NCBI GenBank assembly: GCA_964016885.1
Contig: OZ024749.1
Location: forward strand, 36,270,001-36,334,000
Direction: 5' to 3'
From: Eledone cirrhosa
Lineage: Eukaryota
Length of the DNA: 64,000 nucleotides
In this document: in pieces, positions 13,025 to 27,060 of the stretch
Numbering within the stretch: position 1 is the first letter of the stretch
Layout: each line of letters starts with the position of its first letter
Position numbers and translations under genes: made by a program
The notes under the pieces: model-generated
Seen by the model: the letters and a program-made list of their open reading frames with translations, nothing else
What the model was told of the DNA's origin: nothing
The model's database searches: none

Positions 13025-13355
13025 TTAGTTTCCCAGAGTTTTTTCAGTTTCTTTATTGTCAGTTGTTGTGGGTACAGTGTTTTCAGACCAGCTGGTGTCT
13101 CTTTTCCATGTTTCGCCAGCCTTAACAAACTTCCATATCTGCCCATCATCTCGTAGGCTGAAGCTTTCATGTTCTGCTGAGCTGCGGTTTAAGGAAGCTG
13201 CAGCACGCAACTTTGGGCGGACATCAGGTGGAAGACTAGGGCGTGTTCGGAAAGCAATCCGACTTTCACGCCTAGCTTTATCAGAGGCTACAAGGTATGA
13301 ACGTGCCTCAGTTGAGTTTGAAAATGACAGTCTAATTAACATTAGACTGTATTGA
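13025..13355 (-). pseudogene. Probable LINE ORF1 C-terminal remnant
   Basis: Basic, non-repetitive ORF (LIRLSFSNSTEARSYLVASDKARR...) directly upstream of the endonuclease fragment on the same strand. Confidence 0.55.
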
Positions 13356-13811
13356 ATGACATTTACTCAAGATGCCATGTAGTGTCATTGAACCAGGGAC
13401 CTTAAAACTGTGGTTGTGGTGTTAAACTAGTTAGTGAATTAACAAAGTTTTCAGCAAGATTCAGTGTATGACTTGGGAAGGAATTACAAATGTAACTCAT
13501 TTTTTAAGCTGAGTGGACTAGAGCAATGGGGTATAAAGTGCTTGATATAGAGGTATAGAACTCATGACTTTATGATTGTGAACCAAACGCCTTAACCACT
13601 AAGCTACATACCTTTACACTCACAAAACCACAGTAGTTAGTCAATAGAAAAAAGACAAGAATAATCAAAGCCCAGCATGTTATATGTAAGAAAAAAATAC
13701 AGGATGAAGGAGAAGGAAGAAGGGGGAGACAACCTCTGCTATTATCAAACATGTATCATCTACTTTCTCCATCTTTAGTAATAATAATGTCATTATATGT
13801 ATGTATGTATG

Positions 13812-13855
<44 letters not shown>

Positions 13856-14219
13856 TAATTTTTTTTTTTTTTCATTTAATCTCAGCTGCCATCTTATATC
13901 CATTTGTTAGAAATGAAAATGTATTTTCTGCTTGTTGAAGATGAAAAATAGTTTTATTCCTGCCACTTACACAATTAATACACTTTTGTCTTTTACTGTG
14001 TTTTCTTGTTTTGTCGATTTCTTTTCTTTCTTCTTTTTTTTTTTTTTTTGGCTTTTCATTCTTGTTGTTGTTTTATTCTGCTTCTACATTCTCATCTTTC
14101 CTGCTCAACAACGACATCCTACTAATAATAATATAATAATAATAATATAATAATGATGATGATGATGATAAAAGCACACAGACAGATACATAACTAAAAC
14201 TGAAAGGGAGGAAAAGTTA

Positions 14220-14870
14220 ATATTTGACTGGTATTTTATTTTATTGATCTACGGTAGTATAAAAGCTCAAAGTTGATCTCCATGGGATGTGAACTTTGAA
14301 TATAAGGAACTGCATAGCATTTTTTTTGCCAAACTCTGAAACGATTCTACCAATTTGTTACCACTCGAATAATTGTTTCTATTTTTGGCACAAGGCAGCA
14401 ATTACCCCAGTGCATCACTGGTGCTTTATTTTATCGTGCCCCGTAAGGGTGAAAGGCAAAGCTAACCTCTGGAATTTGAACTCAGACCGTAAGGACCATA
14501 ACTCTATGCTGCAAAGCATGGCATCTGACCCTATAGCGAGGATAATAATTTGGTACATAGCAAAAAAGACTAGTCCTCAATTCCTTGAGGTCATTGAGTT
14601 GCCCGTAAAGGGCCATAACTCTATGCTGCAAAGCTTGGTGTCTGATGCTCTACCGATGCTGACTCTAATAATAATCACATTTAATTTAGGCACAAGGCCA
14701 GCAATTTGTGGGGAAGGAAAATCGATTATATTGGCCCTATTACTTTATTTTATTGACCATGGAAGGATGAAAGGCAAAATTGGTCTTGGTGGGAATTGAA
14801 CTCAGAACATAAAAACTGGTGCAAATACTGCAAAGTATTTTATCCAATGCTCTAATAATTCTCCTAACTA
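14220..14870 (-). mobile_element. Cluster of diverged SINE family A copies
   Basis: Repeated GGCACAAGG...TTTATTTTAT...GAAAGGCAAA...TTGAACTCAGA motifs (3-4 partial copies). Confidence 0.75.
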
Positions 14871-15481
14871 ACAGGAGGAGTCTATACTGCCTCCACCCCC
14901 CCTCCATTCTCACACAAATACACCACAAAGATACACAAATGCATACACCACTGGAACATGGTACACCAGGTGATACTGCAGAAACTTTCACGAATCTATC
15001 AATTAAATAAGTAAATAAATAAATGAATAATAATAATAATAATACCAACAACAACAATAATAATAATAATGGCTTCTTATTGAAACAACAATAAGAACAA
15101 CATCAGTGATATGATAAACCATTATCAATAACTTGTGAATGGTTTTAAGTGGACTTATCGAGAGGTTTGTTAATTGTTCAAGTGGTGATGAGGTAATCAA
15201 GAATTCTTCACTGTAAGACTTTCAGGACACTCTTAATGAGAAATCTATCGCTATTGAACCATATTGATTAATGAAAGCAGTTTCTGGAAATTTCTGCAAG
15301 TACCTTAATAGTGTTTGGCTTCTCAAAGCCTGGGAATTTCACACTTGGCAGCAACAACTACTTGTCTTTTAGTTATTTAGGAAGACATTAAATATTCCAG
15401 ATTTAAGAATAGTCTGGGGGAAATGGGTCTGAATTCTAGGAAACCCTTAAATCTTTTCTTAGCAAAATACCTAAAACAAGC

Positions 15482-15548
<67 letters not shown>

Positions 15549-15934
15549 TCGTGTGTGTGTCCGTGTATGTGGGGCAATGTGTGTGTGTATGGCAGTAGGG
15601 AAGTGTGGTAGTGTTTGTGTGTTTGTGACTGAGGGGTTCTGTGGCAGTGTGTGTGTTTGTGGCTGTGGGGCTCTGAGAAAGTGTGAAGAATAGAATTTAG
15701 GTGTGTGTGTGTGTGTGTGTGAGAGAGAGAAAAAGAGAAAGAGGGCATGTACACACAACCACACATATCTATATGTTCTTGAAATAGCTATTTCAATACT
15801 GCAAATTGGAACTTTTTCATTTTAGTATCGAAATATAATATCATAACAATATTGAAATAATGTATTATTCATATTGATGCTCCTTCATGTCTCTCTCTCT
15901 TTCCTTTTCTCTTTTTCTCCTTGATACTGTTTCA

Positions 15935-16005
<71 letters not shown>

Positions 16006-16063
16006 AAACCATGAAAGCATGGAAAAGTGAACGTAAAAGCGATGTTGTTGATGATGATGAGGA

Positions 16064-16104
<41 letters not shown>

Positions 16105-16217
16105 GAGGTTATATTTAATTTGTTGGGATACAAGCTAAATATTTTTATAACTGATATAAAGCACTCAACAAATTATTGGAGTAAATATACAATATATTAA
16201 CAAATGGAAACTATATT

Positions 16218-16283
16218 TATTTCATTATACATATTTCAAGGGCCACCATAGCAAACTATGGTGCACTTTCATCAGATAAAATA
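16218..16283 (-). ncRNA. Minimal type-I hammerhead ribozyme motif (left arm)
   Basis: Reverse complement of the plus-strand motif at 16330; core boxes intact. Confidence 0.75.
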
Positions 16284-16329
16284 TAATATAGGTTATGTCA
16301 ATATTTATTTATAAAACTAATCTATATTA

Positions 16330-16395
16330 TATTTTATCTGATGAAAGCGCACCATAGTTTGCTATGGTGGCCCTTGAAATATGTATAATGAAATA
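16330..16395 (+). ncRNA. Minimal type-I hammerhead ribozyme motif (right arm)
   Basis: TATTTTAT-CTGATGA-AAGCGCACCATAGTTTGCTATGGTGGCCCTT-GAAA-TATGTA-TA-ATGAAATA; predicted cleavage after 16387 (AUA). Confidence 0.78.
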
Positions 16396-17144
16396 AATAT
16401 AGTTTCCATTTGTTAATATATTGTATATTTACTCCAATAATTTGTTGAGTGCTTTATATCAGTTATAAAAATGTGTTAATATATTGTATATATATATATA
16501 TATATATATTTATTTATTTATTTATTTTATTTATTTATTTATTTATTTGAATCTTATTGTTTAACACTAGCTTTTCCATGCTGGCATAGGTTGGACATCA
16601 CCATCACTACTACCATCGCCATCACCACCACCACCACTACTACCATCCCCATCACAACCACCATCACCACCACCACCATCATCATCGTCTGTTTTTTTTT
16701 ATTTTTGTTTGGTTTTGTTTCATATATTCCTTTTCCTTTTAAAAAACAAAACAAAGAAAGTGCTTTATTTTGTCATTGAGTAGGTAGTTGAGTTTGTTAG
16801 CCATGCTATTGTTGTGTCTATTCTCTGCTATTCAGGAAGTCTATCGCCTCATTGCAAGCTTTTCAACACTAATACAAGAAAAATAAACAACAACAATATC
16901 AATGACAACAACAACAACATTAACAACAACAATGACAACAACAATAACTATAACAACTATACTAGCAAAAACAATATCAATAGCAACAGCATACATAACA
17001 ACAATGACAATAATAACAGCAATGACAACGACGACAACAACAACAACAAGTAGTTAGGTTAGATGAAATAAATAAACTGTAACTGTTACCATTTTTACAG
17101 AGCGGAAGGTAAAGGGTGAACAATGATTTCTTTGACTATTTCCT

Positions 17145-17680
17145 CAACTCTCTCTCTTTCTCTCTCAACCCTCTCTCTGTCACTATATCTCCACCCCCTC
17201 TCTCTCCTTATCCTTCCCTTTCCCTATCTCTGTCCTCACTCTCTCTTTCTCTCACTATTTCTTCATCTCTCTTTCTCTCTACCCACTCCCTCACTATATC
17301 TCCACCTTCTTTCCTTATCTCTATCTCCACCTTCTTTCCTTATCTCTATCTCCACCCTCTTTCCTTATCTCTATCTCCACCCTCTTTCCTTATCTCTATC
17401 TCCACCCTCTTTCCTTATCTCTATCTCCACCCTCTTTCCCTCTCTCTCTCATCATTCTCTCTCTCTCTCTCTATTTTCTCATCTTTCTCTCTCTCTCTCT
17501 CTATTTCCTCATCTTTCTCTCTCACTATATCTGTCTCACCCTCTCTACCATCTCTCACTGTATCTCCACCCTCTCTCCCTCCTTATCCTTCTCTTTCCCT
17601 ATCTTTGTCCTCTTTATTCTTTCTCTCTTCCTCTCTCCCTCCTCCACCATCCCTCCCCCTATCTCCCCTCCATCCCCACC
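17145..17680. repeat. CT-rich low complexity with 27-bp units (CCACCCTCTTTCCTTATCTCTATCT...)
   Basis: Direct read. Confidence 0.85.
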
Positions 17681-17804
17681 ACATCCAACCACTCAACTCT
17701 ATCCTCACCAAACACCAATCAAATGTCATTGAAGTAATTCTAGTTTTAGGTTCACCTGGCAATCACTCCTGGCAACGACACACTTTCACAGATTTGGTAG
17801 TGTT

Positions 17805-20120
17805 GGAATGGTTAGATGGATGGTTGTTGGATTGAATGGTTAGATGGATGGTTGTTGGATTGAATGGTTAGATGGATGGTTGCTGGATTGGATGGTTAGA
17901 TGGATGGTTGTTGGATTGAATGGTTAGATGGATGGTTGTTGGATTGAATGGTTAGATGGATGGTTGTTGGATTGAATGGTTAGATGGATGGTTGTTGGAT
18001 TGAATGGTTAGATGGATGGTTGTTGGATTGAATGGTTAGATGGATGGTTGCTGGATTGGATGGTTAGATGGATGGTTGTTGGATTGAATGGTTAGATGGA
18101 TGGTTGTTGGATTGAATGGTTAGATGGATGGTTGTTGGATTGAATGGTTAGATGGATGGTTGTTGGATTGAATGGTTAGATGGATGGTTGCTGGATTGAA
18201 TGGTTAGATGGATGGTTGCTGGATTGAATGGTTAGATGGATGGTTGTTGGATTGAATGGTTAGATGGATGGTTGTTGGATTGAATGGTTAGATGGATGGT
18301 TGCTGGATTGGATGGTTAGATGGATGGTTGTTGGATTGAATGGTTAGATGGATGGTTGTTGGATTGAATGGTTAGATGGATGGTTGTTGGATTGAATGGT
18401 TAGATGGATGGTTGTTGGATTGAATGGTTAGATGGATGGTTGCTGGATTGGATGGTTAGATGGATGGTTGTTGGATTGAATGGTTAGATGGATGGTTGTT
18501 GGATTGAATGGTTAGATGGATGGTTGCTGGATTGGATGGTTAGATGGATGGTTGTTGGATTGAATGGTTAGATGGATGGTTGCTGGATTGGATGGTTAGA
18601 TGGATGGTTGTTGGATTGAATGGTTAGATGGATGGTTGTTGGATTGAATGGTTAGATAGATGGTTGCTGGATTGGATGGTTAGATGGATGGTTGTTGGAT
18701 TGAATGGTTAGATGGATGGTTGTTGGATTGAATGGTTAGATGGATGGTTGCTGGATTGGATGGTTAGATGGATGGTTGTTGGATTGAATGGTTAGATGGA
18801 TGGTTGTTGGATTGAATGGTTAGATGGATGGTTGTTGGATTGAATGGTTAGATGGATGGTTGTTGGATTGAATGGTTAGATGGATGGTTGTTGGATTGAA
18901 TGGTTAGATGGATGGTTGCTGGATTGGATGGTTAGATGGATGGTTGTTGGATTGAATGGTTAGATGGATGGTTGTTGGATTGAATGGTTAGATGGATGGT
19001 TGCTGGATTGGATGGTTAGATGGATGGTTGCTGGATTGAATGGTTAGATGGATGGTTGTTGGATTGAATGGTTAGATGGATGGTTGTTGGATTGAATGGT
19101 TAGATGGATGGTTGCTGGATTGAATGGTTAGATGGATGGCTGTTGGATTGAATGGTTAGATGGATGGTTGTTGGATTGAATGGTTAGATGGATGGTTGCT
19201 GGATTGAATGGTTAGATGGATGGTTGTTGGATTGAATGGTTAGATGGATGGTTGTTGGATTGAATGGTTAGATGGATGGTTGTTGGATTGAATGGTTAGA
19301 TGGATGGTTGCTGGATTGGATGGTTAGATGGATGGTTGTTGGATTGAATGGTTAGATGGATGGTTGTTGGATTGAATGGTTAGATGGATGGTTGTTGGAT
19401 TGAATGGTTAGATGGATGGTTGTTGGATTGAATGGTTAGATGGATGGTTGCTGGATTGGATGGTTAGATGGATGGTTGTTGGATTGAATGGTTAGATGGA
19501 TGGTTGCTGGATTGGATGGTTAGATGGATGGTTGTTGGATTGAATGGTTAGATGGATGGTTGCTGGATTGGATGGTTAGATGGATGGTTGTTGGATTGAA
19601 TGGTTAGATGGATGGTTGTTGGATTGAATGGTTAGATGGATGGTTGCTGGATTGAATGGTTAGATGGATGGCTGTTGGATTGAATGGTTAGATGGATGGT
19701 TGCTGGATTGGATGGTTAGATGGATGGCTGTTGGATTGAATGGTTAGATGGATGGTTGTTGGATTGAATGGTTAGATGGATGGTTGCTGGATTGAATGGT
19801 TAGATGGATGGCTGTTGGATTGAATGGTTAGATGGATGGTTGCTGGATTGGATGGTTAGATGGATGGTTGCTTGCTGGATTGGATGGTTAGATGGATGGT
19901 TGTTGGATTGAATGGTTAGATGGATGGTTGTTGGATTGAATGGTTAGATGGATGGTTGTTGGATTGGATGGTTAGATGGATGGCTGTTGGATTGAATGGT
20001 TAGATGGATGGTTGCTTGCTGGATTGGATGGTTGCTGGATTGGATGGTTAGATGGATGGTTGCTGGATTGAATGGTTAGATGGATGGTTGCTGGATTGGA
20101 TGGTTAGATGGATGGTTGCT
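17805..20120. repeat. 28-bp minisatellite GGATGGTTGTTGGATTGAATGGTTAGAT, about 80 copies
   Basis: Very homogeneous array of about 2.3 kb. Confidence 0.97.
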
Positions 20121-20706
20121 TGCATGGCTGGCTGGTTGGTCAGCTGACTGGTTAGTTGGTTAGTTGACTGGTTGGTTGGTTAGTTGACTGGTTGGTTGGT
20201 TAGTTGACTGGTTAGTTGGTTAGTTGACTGGTTAGTTGGTTAGTTGACTGGTTGGTTGGTTAGTTCGTTGGCTGGTTGGCTGGTTGGATGGTTGGTTGGT
20301 TGGTTGGTTGGCTGGTTTGTTGGTTTGTTGGTTGGCTGGGTGGTCAGAGGGTTATCTGGATGGTTGGTTGCTGGATTGAATGGTTAGTTGGATAGTTGGT
20401 TTGCTGGCTGGTTGGCTGGTTAATTGGCTGGCTGGCTGTCTCTGGCTCTGGTTGGATGGATGTTTAATTAGTTGGTTGTATGGTTAGTTTGTTTAATGGC
20501 TGGCTGGATGGTTGGGTTGGTTGGTGTGAAGGGTTTGATGATTGGTTGATTAGTTGAATGGTTAGATGATGGATGTGAACAATTGGTTGTGGTGGTAGCA
20601 TATATATGTGTGTGTGTGTGTATATACACACACACACACTCACGTGTATAGATATATGTATACATACACATAGGTTTATATATATATACAAACACACACA
20701 TGTATA

Positions 20707-20738
<32 letters not shown>

Positions 20739-20777
20739 AGCACACACACACAGACATGTATAGGTATATATCTATAT

Positions 20778-21228
<451 letters not shown>

Positions 21229-21940
21229 TGCAAATGTATACAATATGTACCTGTTTGTAAAATATACATTTCTGTCATAAGTTCCCTATACATGTTTTAC
21301 ACACAAATATAAAAATGCATGGGACATGATCCTCACTCATTCCACCACCACTAACACCACCACTACTAACACCACCACCAATTCCACTGCCTACCCTCCG
21401 CCATCACCTCTGCCACCATCACCGCATTCGCCACCAACACTATCATCACCTTCGCTACGCCGCCACCACCGATACCCCCATCAAAACCTCTGCCAACACC
21501 AACGCCACCACAACCACCACCACCATTGCTAGGTATCTATTATAACACTTCACTATTGATCTGCTGTGATTGGCTGTAGGTAGGTGGGTGTGGTAGTACT
21601 GAAGGGGTGACGGTATGAGGTGGCAGTACTGAAGGGGTGGTGGTGTGAGGTGGTAGTACTGAGGTGGTGTTGGTGAAGGTGATGGTTGGTGGTGGTTGTT
21701 GTAGTGATATCAGTAGTAGTAGTAGTAGTAATGGTGGTGGTGTAGGTTGTAGTTATGGCAGTGGTGGTAGTTGTAATACTAGTGGTTATTGTGATTGTTT
21801 CATGTTGCCAAGGGTCACGTGCATGTGTGTATGTGTGTGCATGTATGTATATATATATGTGTGTGTATCTCAAATGTGTGTCTGTGGAATGTGGAAAATC
21901 CAGGAAATGTCTGTGTGTGTAGAATGAGATAGAGATATGG

Positions 21941-21981
<41 letters not shown>

Positions 21982-22188
21982 GTGTGTGTGTGTATGTAAA
22001 GTAGTATTATGTATAAAATACATACACATTAACATGTATAGGTTATATACACAGCTATATATCTTATGTTTATATAATTATATATACAGTAGTATTATGT
22101 ATAGAATATATATACATAGATATTAACAGGTTTAGGACCAGCCATATTTAGTTAGCTATCAATATAATATATCTATATATAGATAGTG

Positions 22189-22716
<528 letters not shown>

Positions 22717-22832
22717 TCATAGACTGGTAAATATACATACTTAACTGCTTGCCCACATACATACTCACACTCATATACACATGCTCACATACACATGTAT
22801 ACACACACACACACTTCCATTATAGAATAACA

Positions 22833-22918
22833 TTGCCTTTCCTCCTTACGGGGTCGATAATATAAAATACCAGTAATGAACTGGGGTAATTGCTGGCCTT
22901 GTGCCAAAAGTAGAAACT
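22833..22918 (+). mobile_element. SINE family A, 5'-truncated
   Basis: 3' half only; TSD ATTATAGAATAAC at 22819-22831 and 22919-22931. Confidence 0.88.
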
Positions 22919-22939
22919 ATTATAGAATAACTATGCTGT

Positions 22940-23625
22940 ATGTATGTGTTAGTATGTGTGTGTTAGTATGTATGTGTTAGTATGTGTGTGTTAGTATGTG
23001 TGTGTTAGTATGTATGTGTTAGTATGTATGTGTTAGTATGTGTGTGTTAGTATGTATGTGTTAGTATGTGTGTGTTAGTATGTGTGTGTTAGTATGTGTG
23101 TGTTAGTATGTGTGTTAGTATGTGTGTGTTAGTATGTGTGTGTTAGTATGTGTGTGTTAGTATGTGTGTGTTAGTATGTGTGTGTTAGTATGTGTGTGTT
23201 AGTATGTGTGTGTTAGTATGTGTGTGTTAGTATGTATGTGTTAGTATGTATGTGTTAGTATGTGTGTGTTAGTATGTGTGTGTTAGTATGTATGTGTTAG
23301 TATGTATGTGTTAGTATGTGTGTGTTAGTATGTGTGTGTTAGTATGTGTGTGTTAGTATGTGTGTGTTAGTATGTGTGTGTTAGTATGTGTGTTAGTATG
23401 TATGTGTTAGTATGTGTGTGTTAGTATGTGTGTGTTAGTATGTATGTGTTAGTATGTATGTGTTAGTATGTATGTGTTAGTATGTGTGTGTTAGTATGTG
23501 TGTGTTAGTATGTGTGTGTTAGTATGTGTGTTAGTATGTATGTGTTAGTATGTATGTGTTAGTATGTGTGTGTTAGTATGTGTGTGTTAGTATGTGTGTG
23601 ATAGTATGTGCGTTAGTATGTGTGT
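22940..23625. repeat. 14-bp minisatellite TTAGTATGTGTGTG
   Basis: About 48 units. Confidence 0.95.
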
Positions 23626-24338
23626 AATGTGTGTGTCAGTGTATTAATGTGTGTGTCAGTGTATTAATGTGTGTGTGTGTGTCACTGTATTAATGTGTGT
23701 GTGTGTGTCACTGTATTAATGTGTGTGTGTGTCTTAATTTAGCCTCCTTGGAGACATTCGTCATGGGAGTGGGGAAGGGTGTATATATAAATTAAGACTA
23801 CACATTGCAACACATTATACATCACAACATTACACAACACATCAAAACATTACACAACAGAACACAACAAACATTACAAAATACAACAAACATTACAAAA
23901 CACATCAAAACATTACAAAACACATCACAACACAACATTACACAACAAACACATCACAACACAACATAACTCGATGCATCACTACATGACACAACACAAC
24001 ACATCACAAAATAACACAAATATATTTCTAGTTACCATAGAAACCAAGGGTGTATACTTACTGATGATACCTTGTCTCTTATTATTGTTGTTATTGTTGT
24101 TGTGTTTGTTATAACAGTTAATGTTGTTTTTGTTATTGTTGTTGATATCAACCTTGATGAAGGGTTAAAAAGAAACCCTCAAAACATTCCATGTTGTTTA
24201 TTTACAAAGTTTTTAACCGTTTTCATACCAAACCACCTGGAGCCACCCATGATTCTGTAATACTGAACGGTTTAGTTCAAAGTATTTAGAGTTATCCAAA
24301 AACAATTTTATGTAAGATTTGTTCCAAACATTCATATG

Positions 24339-24720
24339 TTAACCCTTTAGTGTTCAAACCAGCCAGAATTCTCTACCTCTTTCTGTTGAAACTGGCTGTA
24401 ACTGGCCACTCAAACTGATGTTAAGGTATTGTTTTTAAAATAAATACTTTCAAAATCTCATAGATTCGATATTATGTGAGATAATTATGTGAGGTAAAGC
24501 CTTTACCATTAAAATATAATAGTATATATAAAATAATTGTTTCTACTTTAGGCACAAGGCCAGCAATTACCCAGTGCATTACTGGTACTTTATTTTATCG
24601 ACCCCGTAAGGATGAAAGGCAAAGTCAACCTCGGCGGGATTTGAACTCAGATCATAAAGAGACGTAACTATGCTGGAAAGCATGGCATCCGACCCTCTAC
24701 TGTGAATGCTAAAGGGTTAA
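24339..24720. mobile_element. piggyBac-type MITE (TTAA ends) with nested SINE
   Basis: Left TTAACCCTTTAGTGTTCA and right TGAATGCTAAAGGGTTAA form a 16/18 inverted match including TTAA and CCC. Confidence 0.7.
24535..24702 (-). mobile_element. SINE family A inside the MITE
   Basis: Reverse complement of the 6620 copy. Confidence 0.9.
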
Positions 24721-24889
24721 TAAATCCCTTCATGTATTTAATTATTTTTTTTAATTATTTGAAATTCTATTTCAAGGTGTTTATAATTATTTAAAAACCT
24801 TCCATCATAATTTTATCTAAGAACCTTTAAGTTATGTTCAAAATACCACCTTAGTAATTATAAAGTTAGTTATATCATTGCTTGTAAAA

Positions 24890-25062
24890 CCCAGGGGTAG
24901 ACACTGAGCAAGATGATTGGATAACATCCATGAGCTTGGCTGGTCATGCTTAGGGACTCAGCTGGATCAGATGGTTTCTTCTGACAGGACCTGCTGGAAG
25001 GAGTGTTTGAGGACTCTGACCCCACGACCCTCTCAGGAATAAGTGGGCAAAGAAGAAGAAAT
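24890..25062 (+). pseudogene. RTE-clade (Rex3/Expander-like) LINE 3' end, decayed
   Basis: Frameshifted translation GRH*AR...DNIHELGWSCLG...VSSDRTCWKECLRTLTPRPSQE* resembles Rex3-type C-termini (from memory); AAGAAGAAG tail. Confidence 0.55.
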
Positions 25063-25519
25063 ATCATTAAATCCCCCTCAAATTCTTTATTTTGAAAATT
25101 ATTTGAGAATCATAGGCAGTGTCTTTCATTAGAGTTATGGTAATTAAACGGTTATAACTGGACTTCGACTTCACAGTAAACGATGTGATTTATTATATCA
25201 CGTTATAATTAGATACTAAACTTTCTTTTATCATAATTGTTTTATCATAATTTTAGTATAATTTATGATCTCGTTACATTGTCAATATTACTAATTTGTT
25301 AATCAACAACCTCCTACTACCACTCTCTCCACTTTCTCTATTTTAGTCTAAGTATATTAAAAACCAACTTTGTATCATCCTCTGATCTTCTAATTATTAT
25401 TATCCTTATGGACAATAAAGTACCTGTAACACACTGGGGTCAATTTAATTGATATTCTCCACAAAAAAGAAAAAAAAAATTGTTGTCCTTGTGCCTAAAT
25501 CAGAAATCATTATCATCAC

Positions 25520-25853
25520 CGAGACACTGCATCCTTTAAGACACTCATGCTTCCCGAAATATGCCAAAACTACACCTGATGTACCCCTTCCATACACATG
25601 CACACATGTGTGTATCATGACTCGTGCACTGTTCATTGCCCTATGTACTGTACATGCACTTTTTGATGAGTTGTAGTGCACCTGGGCACTGTACACAATA
25701 TTTCATTATTATTATATCATGACTCATACACTGTTCATTTTCCTGACATTTGTACATTATTCTATGTACTATACATGCACCTTTGATGAGTTGTAGTGCA
25801 CCTGAGCACTGTACACAATAATTTCATTATTATTATTTATTATTATTATTATT
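25520..25853 (+). mobile_element. Probable LINE 3' UTR with duplicated end and (ATT)n tails
   Basis: TTTGATGAGTTGTAGTGCACCTG-GCACTGTACACAATA occurs twice, each followed by ATT repeats. Confidence 0.5.
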
Positions 25854-25859
25854 ATCTCA

Positions 25860-26615
25860 CCAAGTTTAACTTTGACTTTCATCCTTACGGATTGATAAAA
25901 TAAAGTACCAGTAATATACCTGGGGATGATTTAATCAACTTTTCCCTCCCCCAAAATTTGTTGGGTTTGTGTCTCAATCGGAAATTATTATTATCATTTG
26001 TTCCCCTAGGGCGGTGGATTAGCAGTATCGGTAGAGGGTCGGACGCCATGCTTTGCAGCAAAGAGTTACAGCCCTTTACGATCTGAGTTCAAATCCCTCC
26101 GAGGTTAACTTTGCCTTTCATCCTTACGGGGGTCGATAAAATAAAGTACCAGTCACGCACTGGGGTCGATTTAATTGACTTTCCCCGCCCCCCCCAAATT
26201 ACTGGCCTTGTGCCTATATAAGAAACCATTATCATTTGTCCCCTATATGTTGGCCCTTGTGGCCAATAAAGGAAATCATTATTGATTGGCGGTATCAGTA
26301 GAGGGTCAGATGCCATGCTTTGCAGCATAGTTACGTCCCTTTACGGTCTGAGTTCAAATCCCGTCGAGGTCAACTTTGCCTTTCATCCTTACGGGGTCAA
26401 TAAAATAAAGTACCAGTAATGCACTGAGATAATTGCTGGCCTTGTGCCAAATATAGAAACAATTATTATTATCATCCTCATCACGCTGAGGTTTGCTTTA
26501 CCTTTCATTCTTACGGAGGTCGATAAAATAAAGTACCAGTAACAAACTGGGGTTGATTTAATCAACTCCCCCCCCCCCCAAAAAAAAACGTGCCTAAAAT
26601 CAGAAACTATCATCT
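25860..26615 (+). mobile_element. Head-to-tail cluster of four SINE family A copies
   Basis: Copies begin at about 25860, 26009, 26283 and 26487, all on the plus strand. Confidence 0.88.
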
Positions 26616-26679
26616 TTATTATTATTAATATTCAGTGATATTACATATCCAGGTTCCACCACCAACATCTACCATTACC

Positions 26680-27060
26680 TTTGACCACCACAACCACCTC
26701 TGCTACATACCATCAGCAACACTGCCACCACTGTCCACCACTGCTCACTACCACTACCACCACCTCTGCTACACACCATTACCACCATCCACCACTGACC
26801 ACCACTATTGTCCACCACCACCACTGACCACCATCCACCGCCACCACTGACCACCATCCACCGCCACCACTGACCACCATCCACCACCACCAACACCACC
26901 ACTGTTGTCCAACACCACCACCAACACCACCACTGTTGTCCAACAGCACCACCAACACCACCACTGTTGTCCAACACCTCCACCAACACCACTACCAACA
27001 CCACCACTGTTGTCCAACAGCACCACCACACATGTCGACACCACCACCACCACCATCACC
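26680..27060. repeat. CCA-rich minisatellite
   Basis: ACCACTGTTGTCCAAC and CCACTGACCACCATCCA units. Confidence 0.85.

Larger units (their letters stand above)
16103..16472. mobile_element. Hammerhead-bearing element copy 2, near-perfect fold-back 16141-16472
   Basis: Arms 16141-16295 and 16318-16472 (155 bp, about 2 mismatches seen) with a 22-nt spacer; (TA)n on both sides. Confidence 0.8.

Noticed and set aside
17805-20120. Telomeric repeat
   Set aside because: One GGTTAG per 28-bp unit only; no (TTAGGG)n run.
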